Of a stretch of DNA of 64,000 nucleotides, positions 10,194-18,179 are shown one piece after another (positions within the stretch are counted from its first letter, which is position 1; the number at the start of each line of letters is the position of its first letter). Location: positions 23,804-87,803 of the forward strand of contig SLPB01000026.1 of NCBI GenBank assembly GCA_007132225.1, read 5' to 3'. Position numbers and translations under genes: made by a program. Origin of the DNA: Bacteroidales bacterium (GTDB lineage: Bacteria; Bacteroidota; Bacteroidia; Bacteroidales; PUMT01). The notes beneath the pieces are model-generated. The model saw only the letters and a list, made by a program, of their open reading frames with translations, did not search any database and was not told the DNA's origin.

Positions 10194-11117
10194 ATGAAAA
10201 AGATTTTGGTGGCAACAGAGAAACCTTTTGCAAGGCCGGCAGTTGATGGAATTGCTGATGTATTTAAACAGGCCGGATATGAATTGGTTCTTCTTGAAAA
10301 CTATAAGGAAAAAAAAGATCTGCTTAGCGCGGTTGCAGATGCTGATGCAATGATAATAAGAAGCGACAAGGTTACGGAAGAGGTTTTAGAGGCTGGAAGT
10401 AAACTGAAAATAGTTGTCAGGGCCGGAGCAGGTTATGATAATGTTGACATAGCTGCTTCAACCCGCAGGGACGTTGTTGTAATGAACACACCGGGCCAGA
10501 ATTCAAATGCTGTGGCTGAACTTGCACTTGGAATGATGGTTTATACTGCCAGGAATTATTTCAATGGTACCCCGGGTACCGAGTTAAGGGGTAAAAAACT
10601 GGGAGTTTTTGCCTGCGGTAATATAGGAAAGGATATTGCCAGGATTGCATCGGGCTTTGGCATGGAAGTATATGGGTTTGATCCCTTTCTGGAAAGGACA
10701 GTTTTGGAGTATGCAGGCATGATGTGTACTGCATCGTCTGAGGAATTATTTAGTCAGTGCCAGTATATTTCGCTAAATGCTCCTGTTGTTGAACATACCA
10801 TAAGGCTGGTTAATTTTAAACTGCTAGAAAAGATGCCCGAATCTGCAACTCTTGTTAATACAGCCAGGAAAGAGCTTGTTGACGAAGATTCTCTTTTAAA
10901 GATGTTTGCTGAAAGACCTGATTTTAAATACATTTCAGATATTGCTCCGGACTGCAGTGCCGAAATAGCCGAAAAATATCCCGGTCGTTTTTTCTTTACT
11001 CCTAAGAAAATGGGAGCACAGACCTCTGAGGCTAATATAAATGCAGGCATTGCCGCTGCCAGGCAGATCGTTGGTTTCTTTGAGCAGGGCGACAAAACTT
11101 ATCAGGTTAACCTGTAA
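10194..11117 (+). CDS. serA: D-3-phosphoglycerate dehydrogenase, short form (D-2-hydroxyacid dehydrogenase family)
   Basis: Rossmann motif ACGNIGKDIA. D-isomer 2-hydroxyacid dehydrogenase layout. Located directly after serC. Confidence 0.8.
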   Translation: MKKILVATEKPFARPAVDGIADVFKQAGYELVLLENYKEKKDLLSAVADADAMIIRSDKVTEEVLEAGSKLKIVVRAGAGYDNVDIAASTRRDVVVMNTPGQNSNAVAELALGMMVYTARNYFNGTPGTELRGKKLGVFACGNIGKDIARIASGFGMEVYGFDPFLERTVLEYAGMMCTASSEELFSQCQYISLNAPVVEHTIRLVNFKLLEKMPESATLVNTARKELVDEDSLLKMFAERPDFKYISDIAPDCSAEIAEKYPGRFFFTPKKMGAQTSEANINAGIAAARQIVGFFEQGDKTYQVNL

Positions 11118-11124
11118 TTTATTT

Positions 11125-11168
11125 GCAGGCAAACCTGGCTCGTAATAAATAGTTTGCCTGCTGTTTTC
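11125..11168 (+). terminator. Hairpin plus U-tract between serA and the DUF1015 gene
   Basis: Perfect 10-bp stem gcaggcaaac/gtttgcctgc with a 17-nt loop, followed by tgtttt. Confidence 0.65.
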
Positions 11169-11192
11169 TAATCCTAATAATTTAATTTACTG

Positions 11193-12443
11193 ATGGCAAT
11201 TTTAAAACCATTCAAAGGATTGCGTCCTCCTGTGGAAATAGCAAAAGATATGGCTTCCAGGCCATATGATGTGCTCAATTCTGATGAAGCCCGTGAAGAG
11301 GCAAGGGATAATCCTTATTCATTACTTCATATAGTTAAACCTGAAATTGATTGTCCGCCCGATATCAGTGAATATGACCCGTTGATTTATAACACCGCAA
11401 AACGGAATCTGGATAAATTTCGTGAGAGAAAGTGGCTTGTCCAGGACAGGGATGAACAACTTTATATATATGCCCAAACAATGGAGGGTAAAACACAATA
11501 TGGACTGGTAGGTTGTGCTGCTGTTGAAGACTATATGAACGACAGGATAAAAAAACACGAGCTCACCCGCAAAGATAAAGAAGAAGACCGGATAAAGCAT
11601 GTGAAGATCACCAACGCCAATATGGAACCGGTGTTTTTTACATACAGGGCTGTGCCGGAGATAGATGCCATTGTTTCCTCCTGTGTTAAGAATAATGACC
11701 CTGTGTATGATTTTACTGCTGAAGACGGGGTGGGACATCATTTATGGCTTCTGGATGACCCTGAATTAATTTCAGAAGTGGCAGGCTTATTTGAAGAAAA
11801 GGTGCCCTGCACCTATGTGGCAGACGGTCATCACCGTACTGCGGCAGCAGCAATTGTTGGAAATGAGAAAAAATCAGCCAATCCGGATCATACAGGGGAG
11901 GAGGAATATAATTATTTTCTTGCAGTCCATTTTCCTGATAACCAGCTTAGCATTATTGATTACAACAGGGTGGTGAAGGATCTCAATGGCCTGGATGAGA
12001 ATGATTTTTTTGAAAGGCTCCGGGAAGTTTTTACAGTTGAGGAGAAAGGACAGGAAATATACAAGCCCGGCCGCCTTCATAATTTTTCACTTTATCTTGG
12101 CGGGAAATGGTATTCACTCACAGCCAGGCCCGGCACATACAATGATGATGACCCGATAGGATGCCTTGATGTTACAATACTTTCAGAATTGGTGCTTGAT
12201 AATATTCTTGACATTAAAGATTTGAGAACCGATAAGCGAATTGATTTTGTAGGAGGAATAAGGGGCCTTGGTGAGCTGCAAAGAAGAGTTGACAGTGGAG
12301 AAATGAAGGCTGCTTTTGCCCTTTATCCGGTAACCATGAAACAGTTGATGGATATAGCCGATACCGGAAATCTAATGCCGCCCAAAACAACCTGGTTTGA
12401 ACCAAAACTGCGCAGCGGACTGGTTGTACATTTGCTGGAGTAA
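11193..12443 (+). CDS. DUF1015 family protein (function unknown)
   Basis: 416 aa. N-terminus MAILKPFKGLRP and an internal YVADGHHR motif, as I recall for DUF1015. Follows serC-serA. Confidence 0.7.
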   Translation: MAILKPFKGLRPPVEIAKDMASRPYDVLNSDEAREEARDNPYSLLHIVKPEIDCPPDISEYDPLIYNTAKRNLDKFRERKWLVQDRDEQLYIYAQTMEGKTQYGLVGCAAVEDYMNDRIKKHELTRKDKEEDRIKHVKITNANMEPVFFTYRAVPEIDAIVSSCVKNNDPVYDFTAEDGVGHHLWLLDDPELISEVAGLFEEKVPCTYVADGHHRTAAAAIVGNEKKSANPDHTGEEEYNYFLAVHFPDNQLSIIDYNRVVKDLNGLDENDFFERLREVFTVEEKGQEIYKPGRLHNFSLYLGGKWYSLTARPGTYNDDDPIGCLDVTILSELVLDNILDIKDLRTDKRIDFVGGIRGLGELQRRVDSGEMKAAFALYPVTMKQLMDIADTGNLMPPKTTWFEPKLRSGLVVHLLE

Positions 12444-12545
12444 TTATCTTTATAGAAATTGTTTGAGCTGGTCACTCCTTTTCTTTTGATAATTTGTGAT
12501 CCGAACACTGTTTTACCGACTGACCATATTTATCTAATTATCCTG

Positions 12546-13217
12546 ATGGGTGTTGCTGAAAATATAAATAAACTTAATAAGGAGCTTCTTCCAAAAGTGA
12601 AGATTGTAGCCGTAACCAAAACCAGGACCACGGATGAGATTATGGATATTTATTCTTTAGGGCACAAGTTGATGGGAGAGAATAAAGTGCAGGAAATGAC
12701 AGCAAAAACGGAGGCTCTGCCCGAGGATATTGAGTGGCATATGGTAGGGCATCTTCAGTCTAACAAGGTGAAATATATTGCACCTTTTGTATCTCTTATA
12801 CATTCAGTTGATTCTGTTAAGATTTTAAAGACCATCAATAAGGAGGCCATAAAGAACAACCGGGTAATTGACTGCCTTTTGCAAATCCATATAGCTAAGG
12901 AAGAAAGCAAATTTGGCTTTTCCCAGGAAGAGGTTTTTGACTTTTTAAATGAATTCTCTCTGGAAGATTTTCCCGGGATAAGGGTGCGGGGACTGATGGG
13001 AATGGCGACTTTTACAGGTGATAAGGATACGGTAAGGTCGGAGTTTCGCAGTCTCGCCGGGTTATTTAACAGGCTGGCGGAATCATTTTTTCATGAATCA
13101 GATAGTTTTAATGAATTGTCAATGGGTATGTCGGGCGATTACCGTATTGCAGTGGAGGAGGGGAGCACGATGGTAAGGATAGGCAGCCTTATATTTGGAG
13201 AAAGGGGAAATTATTGA
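12546..13217 (+). CDS. yggS: YggS family pyridoxal-phosphate homeostasis protein
   Basis: KIVAVTKTRT carries the PLP lysine. HMVGHLQSNK and GLMGMAT motifs are present. Start moved to the ATG at 12546. Confidence 0.88.
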   Translation: MGVAENINKLNKELLPKVKIVAVTKTRTTDEIMDIYSLGHKLMGENKVQEMTAKTEALPEDIEWHMVGHLQSNKVKYIAPFVSLIHSVDSVKILKTINKEAIKNNRVIDCLLQIHIAKEESKFGFSQEEVFDFLNEFSLEDFPGIRVRGLMGMATFTGDKDTVRSEFRSLAGLFNRLAESFFHESDSFNELSMGMSGDYRIAVEEGSTMVRIGSLIFGERGNY

Positions 13218-13248
13218 TTTATTAACTAACTAACCAATACTGTTTATC

Positions 13249-14226
13249 ATGCCTGATCTTGGAGTAAATTATATGGGGTTGAAGCTGAAAAACCCTGTTA
13301 TAGCCGGCAGTTCCGGTCTTACCAGTACAGTGGATAAGATCCGCTCAATTGAGCAGGCCGGTGTTGCGGCCGTTGTTCTTAAATCTCTTTTTGAGGAACA
13401 GATCAATTATGAAGCAGGAAGCCTGATCAGGAATCAGGACTATCCCGAGGCAGAGGACTATATTAAAAGCTATACTAAAAGTCACTCGGTCGATAACTAT
13501 ATTACCCTGATAGAAGAGACAAAAAAGAGTGTTGCAATACCTGTTATAGCAAGTATAAACTGCGTGTCGGCAAATGACTGGATCGGATTTTCCCGAAGAA
13601 TCGAAGAAGCAGGAGCCGATGCACTTGAGCTCAATGTTTTTTTCCTTCCAACTGATAAATATAAGTCCGCTACCGATTTTGAAAATATCTATTATGATCT
13701 TGCCAGCCGGGTAACCGGCATTGTCAAAATACCGGTTGCAATAAAACTGGGGAATCACTTTACCAATGTCCTGGAAGTGGTTGACCGTCTCTACTCTTAC
13801 GGAGTAAAAGGTGTGGTAATGTTTAACAGGTTTTACGAGCCGGATATAGATATAGAAAAAATAAAACTCACCTCTGCAGATATTTTCAGTTCGGCCTCTG
13901 ATCTCAGGCATGTGCTTCGGTGGACTGCGCTGGTGTCAGATAAGGTAAACCTTATGGATATTTCCGCCTCTACCGGTGTCCACTCCTGGGAGGCAGTGGT
14001 TAAGCAGTTGCTTGCGGGCGCTAAAACTGTTCAGGTTTGTTCTTTGCTTTACAAGAATGGTCTGGGTGAGGTGGCAAATCTTATCGGGGGAGTTGAACAA
14101 TGGATGAGTAGTAAGAGGTTCAGTACCGTGGACGAATTCAGGGGGAAAATGAGTTACCGGAAAATCCCTGACCCTTCTGTTTATGAGCGTTCCCAGTTTA
14201 TGAAGTATTTTTCCAGTATAGATTAA
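13249..14226 (+). CDS. Dihydroorotate dehydrogenase-like flavoprotein (PyrD/PreA-like TIM barrel)
   Basis: GLKLKNPVIAGSSGLT N-terminus and 325-aa length match the DHODH-like family. The substrate cannot be assigned from sequence. Confidence 0.65.
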   Translation: MPDLGVNYMGLKLKNPVIAGSSGLTSTVDKIRSIEQAGVAAVVLKSLFEEQINYEAGSLIRNQDYPEAEDYIKSYTKSHSVDNYITLIEETKKSVAIPVIASINCVSANDWIGFSRRIEEAGADALELNVFFLPTDKYKSATDFENIYYDLASRVTGIVKIPVAIKLGNHFTNVLEVVDRLYSYGVKGVVMFNRFYEPDIDIEKIKLTSADIFSSASDLRHVLRWTALVSDKVNLMDISASTGVHSWEAVVKQLLAGAKTVQVCSLLYKNGLGEVANLIGGVEQWMSSKRFSTVDEFRGKMSYRKIPDPSVYERSQFMKYFSSID

Positions 14227-14244
14227 TTTCACTTATCAGACAAT

Positions 14245-14279
14245 AAAAAACCCGACCGTGAAACAGGCCGGGTTTTTTA
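14245..14279. terminator. Bidirectional rho-independent terminator between the convergent DHODH-like gene and hflC
   Basis: The sequence is aaaaaa-cccgacc-(8-nt loop)-ggccggg-tttttt. It has an A-tract and a T-tract on opposite sides and one mismatch in the stem. Confidence 0.8.
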
Positions 14280-14305
14280 TTGTACTATGACTAAAAAGAA
14301 TCTTA

Positions 14306-15244
14306 TTAGTCACTGCTTTTTAAGTACTTCAGCAATTCGCTGTCGGTCGACAGGATAATGCTGGTTTGTCCGTCAAATGACTTTTCCAGCGTTTCCATTG
14401 ACCTAAGGAATGAATATAGCTCCCTGCTAATATTGTTTCTGTTATATGCTGCGGCATATATTGATGTAGCCTCGGCATCAGCCCTTCCTCTTATTATTTC
14501 GGCTTCCCTGAATGCCTCAGACTGGATCTGGGCAAGGTCTCTCTCCTTTGCACCTTCAATCCTTCTGGCTTCACCTTCACCCTCGGACCTGAACTGGTCG
14601 GCTATCCTGTTCCTTTCACTTATCATCCTGTCAAAGACCCTCTCTCTGACTTCCTGTACATAATTCATTCTTTTGAAACGAAAATCGAGAATTCTTATGC
14701 CCAGATCAGCAGTCCTTTCATTTGCTTTTTTGAGGACAAGCGCTTCGATATCCGCTCTTCCCACCGATATTTCTTCGAGAATTTCAATATCTTCCAGGTA
14801 ATCGTCATAAACTTCCGGTTCACGGTTGGTGGACCGCACCAGGTCAATTAATTCGTGACTGGCAATTGCATTACGTGTTTCCCCGTCAAGGATATCGTCT
14901 AGCCTTGATTGTCCTGACCTTTCATCCCTCAGCCTTATAAAGAACTGAAGGGGATCGGTTATTTCCCAGCGGGCATATGTATCCACATGCATAAATCTCT
15001 TATCCTGGGTGGGTATCTGGTTGGGATCTCCGTCCCACTTCAGGAACCTCTTGTCAAAGTACTGAACTTTATGTATAAAGGGTGTTTTGAAGTTCACCCC
15101 CGGTTCTATGCGGGGTCCGCCTACCGGTCGGCCGAATTGAGTAACAATAGCCTGCTGGGTCTCATCCAGTATAAAGACACTCTGGAACGCGGCTATCAGT
15201 GCCACTACGGATACAATTATAATTGCTGTATATTTTGTTTTCAT
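14306..15244 (-). CDS. hflC: FtsH protease modulator HflC (SPFH/band-7)
   Basis: N-terminal TM segment plus an SPFH domain and a coiled-coil tail. It lies 3 nt downstream of hflK. Confidence 0.85.
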   Translation of the reverse strand: MKTKYTAIIIVSVVALIAAFQSVFILDETQQAIVTQFGRPVGGPRIEPGVNFKTPFIHKVQYFDKRFLKWDGDPNQIPTQDKRFMHVDTYARWEITDPLQFFIRLRDERSGQSRLDDILDGETRNAIASHELIDLVRSTNREPEVYDDYLEDIEILEEISVGRADIEALVLKKANERTADLGIRILDFRFKRMNYVQEVRERVFDRMISERNRIADQFRSEGEGEARRIEGAKERDLAQIQSEAFREAEIIRGRADAEATSIYAAAYNRNNISRELYSFLRSMETLEKSFDGQTSIILSTDSELLKYLKSSD

Positions 15245-15247
15245 ATC

Positions 15248-16237
15248 TTATTGTTCTGTTTGCTGTTGAAGATTTGTTTGTTGTTGAAGATTTAACAGGG
15301 GGAGAATATTTGCTCCGTCTTCATCCATGATGATCTTGGTCCCTGTATTTGCCATTATCCTTTCCAGGGTTTCAAGGTAGATGCGTTTTCTGGTGACCTC
15401 GGGAGCCTTAATATATTCATTGTAAAATGCAGTAAAGCGATCTGCCTCACCTGTACCCCTGTTAACCCGGTTAAGAGCAAATCCTTCTGCCCGCTGAATG
15501 GTTTCCTCAGCTTCTCCCCTGGCCCGGGGTATTACCCTGTTATATTCAGATTCGGCTCGGTTTATAAGAGTTTCCCGTTCCTGCTGTGCTTCATTAACGG
15601 CGTTGAAAGATGCTTTGACAGATTCCGGGGGATTAACATCCTGCAGCACCACCTGGTCTATGCGAATCCCGTTTTCGTAATCATCGCACATTTGTTGCAG
15701 AAGAACTTCCACTGTGGTGGCCACTTCCTGCCGGCCTACCGTGAGCACCTCGTTTACGGTGCGGTCACCCACAATTTTTCGCATTGCTGCCTCAGACATA
15801 TCATGAAGTGCATCTTCTGCATCCCTTACCCGGAAAAGGTATTGATATGAGTCTACTATGCGGTACTGGACTACCCACTCCACATCGGCAATGTTCAGGT
15901 CGCCGGTAAGCATCAGTGACTCATCGCCATATCCGGCTTTGGTGTATTGAGTTCTGGTACCAGCTTCCACGGTGCGGAATCCGAATTCCTGTTTTAACTG
16001 CCGTTGCACGGGAATTTTGTACATTTTTTCTATTCCGGCGGGAAGTATGAAATTTAATCCCGGATCCAGTACACGGTTAAATTTTCCCAGCTGAAGAACC
16101 ACGCCTTCTTCCTCCGGACCTACCTGCTTGATTGAGGTGGCTGCTACTACCACCAGAATAACTAACAGCAGGATTTTCCTGATATTTTTTCTGGCCTTGT
16201 GCAGCAGGTCCTGCATTTGTTGATCTTGATTTTTCAT
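15248..16237 (-). CDS. hflK: FtsH protease modulator HflK (SPFH/band-7)
   Basis: TM segment plus an SPFH domain. Paired with hflC. Confidence 0.85.
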   Translation of the reverse strand: MKNQDQQMQDLLHKARKNIRKILLLVILVVVAATSIKQVGPEEEGVVLQLGKFNRVLDPGLNFILPAGIEKMYKIPVQRQLKQEFGFRTVEAGTRTQYTKAGYGDESLMLTGDLNIADVEWVVQYRIVDSYQYLFRVRDAEDALHDMSEAAMRKIVGDRTVNEVLTVGRQEVATTVEVLLQQMCDDYENGIRIDQVVLQDVNPPESVKASFNAVNEAQQERETLINRAESEYNRVIPRARGEAEETIQRAEGFALNRVNRGTGEADRFTAFYNEYIKAPEVTRKRIYLETLERIMANTGTKIIMDEDGANILPLLNLQQQTNLQQQTEQ

Positions 16238-16434
16238 GATTATAATAGATATTTTAATTGAACGGTTCTTATATAAATGCTAAAAACGATTAATGATTTA
16301 ATAAACAGGCTGCAATGTAAATTACCTTTTGTATCCTGTAAAATTAATATTATTAATTACCATATGTTTATTCGAAGCCAGGGGTTGTAATACACAATAT
16401 AACCTGCAAAAGGTATAGCCGGGTAAAATAAGTG

Positions 16435-16442
16435 TATATTTG
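16435..16442 (+). promoter_or_regulatory. -7 box (TAnnTTTG) inside the long hflK/lipoprotein intergenic region
   Basis: TATATTTG lies about 335 nt upstream of the next + strand ORF (16777). Confidence 0.3.
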
Positions 16443-16776
16443 TCAGAATGCCTAATTATTGATGATGGGTGTTAGTTTTTTACAATGGTAAGGACGGGAA
16501 GCCAGTCTCTGAATAAATTGATTTATTGAATATTATAACGAAGCAGAAATGAAAATATTGTTAATGCATGTTCTGTTAAATAAACGGCATTAGATTTTTC
16601 AAACTGAGTTTAAACAGTGTGAAAGGTTTGTGATTGAAAGAGGGGGCTTTATGTTTTGGTTTTTACAGTTGCGTTTGTATATCAGTAATAGTGACAGTTT
16701 TTTTTATAGTAAAAAAGTATTACTTTTACTTTCTGACGATAAATAAATTATCTAAAAACTTTTAATTCACTTACTT

Positions 16777-17727
16777 ATGAGCTCAACAAATCCGCACAAC
16801 CTTTTGTATGCAAGCTCAAAAAATCATTATTCCCGTTTGTTTTCAGGCGCAGTAATATTATTTTTTTTTATACTTCTTGCCGCATGTGCCAGCGATAATT
16901 CCCGGCAGGAGAGGGAAAAAGAGATTACTGTTAATATTTCTGATGAAGCATTCAGGGATCTTCTGGATGCCAAAAAGATCTTCTATGCACTTCCCTCACC
17001 CCTGGAAACGGCAATGCTGCTCAAATCTTCCGGTGCTGTTTATAATGAAGAATTGCTAAATCCTGTAGATAATATTTCCAGGTACCAGACAAATAGCAGT
17101 ATGGCTGTCAATCTTGGTATTTACACAGCAAACCTTAGTTATGCCAGCCTTTTCGACCAGACACAAACCAGTTTGCATTATATGGATGCAGCAAAAGGTC
17201 TTGCAGATAATCTTGGAATCCTCGACGCCATAGATAACTACACTATGGAAAGACTTGAGGATAATCTTGGCAACCGTGATATTATAATTGATATTGTTTC
17301 TGAAACTTTCATGAACTCAAGTTCGTTTTTACAGGAGAATGACCGGGAGCCTGTCGCCGCTCTCATGTTTGCAGGAGGTTGGGTGGAAGGGCTTTACCTG
17401 GCACTCAACCTTGTTGATGAAGATAATCTTAAAGAAGATCCACTGGTAAAAAGGATTGTTGATAATAAATTATCACTTGAGCTAGTGATGCTTTTACTTG
17501 AAGAAAATAGTTATAACAGTGATGTTGCCGACCTTATCAATGAAATGAAGAAAATTGAAACCGTATTTCATAAGATTAAGATTGAATCTACTCCCATAGA
17601 AGTTATGGAAGCTCCCGATGATTCAGCAACCATTCTAAGGTCACAGTCTGTTTCAAATATCAATAAGGATATTTTTCGCCATTTAAAGTCAACCGTTACA
17701 GCCATCCGTAACAGCTTTGTTTCTTAA
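16777..17727 (+). CDS. Hypothetical lipoprotein
   Basis: Hydrophobic segment ending in LLAAC (lipobox-like). The rest looks helical. I recognise no motif. Confidence 0.65.
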   Translation: MSSTNPHNLLYASSKNHYSRLFSGAVILFFFILLAACASDNSRQEREKEITVNISDEAFRDLLDAKKIFYALPSPLETAMLLKSSGAVYNEELLNPVDNISRYQTNSSMAVNLGIYTANLSYASLFDQTQTSLHYMDAAKGLADNLGILDAIDNYTMERLEDNLGNRDIIIDIVSETFMNSSSFLQENDREPVAALMFAGGWVEGLYLALNLVDEDNLKEDPLVKRIVDNKLSLELVMLLLEENSYNSDVADLINEMKKIETVFHKIKIESTPIEVMEAPDDSATILRSQSVSNINKDIFRHLKSTVTAIRNSFVS

Positions 17728-17741
17728 ATATATCAAAAAAA

Positions 17742-18179
17742 ATGAGACAATTTCTTTCTTTCCTTTTTCTTGCCACTGTTTTGATTGGACTGTCCGGAAA
17801 AGCAGAGGGACAGTGTAAGGGTTTTGCCCGGCGTATATGCAAACTTGATCTTGAGGGTTTTGTGCATGACGGCAATTATCATGCAGCAATTCTTACAGAT
17901 GGAGAAGAGGCCGAGCTATACAAGACCTTTTATTCTGATCAGGACTACAGAATTGCTGTATGTGGATCGGAAGTTCTGGAAGATATTGAATTTAAAGTAA
18001 TGGATATACAACGAAATATTCTGTACACTAATAAAAATAATGATTTTAAAGGTACCTGGGATTTCCGGCTGGAATCATCCCAGCAATTGATGATATCGGT
18101 TAAAGTTCTCTCCGGTAATCCGGGGCAGGAACCTGCAAGCGGCTGCGTTGCAATTTTGTTTGGTTTATCGGACAATTAG
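17742..18179 (+). CDS. Hypothetical small secreted protein
   Basis: Signal-peptide-like N-terminus (MRQFLSFLFLATVLIGLSGKAEGQ). It lies 14 nt after the previous gene. The 3' end overlaps the uvrA 3' end by 15 nt. Confidence 0.55.
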   Translation: MRQFLSFLFLATVLIGLSGKAEGQCKGFARRICKLDLEGFVHDGNYHAAILTDGEEAELYKTFYSDQDYRIAVCGSEVLEDIEFKVMDIQRNILYTNKNNDFKGTWDFRLESSQQLMISVKVLSGNPGQEPASGCVAILFGLSDN

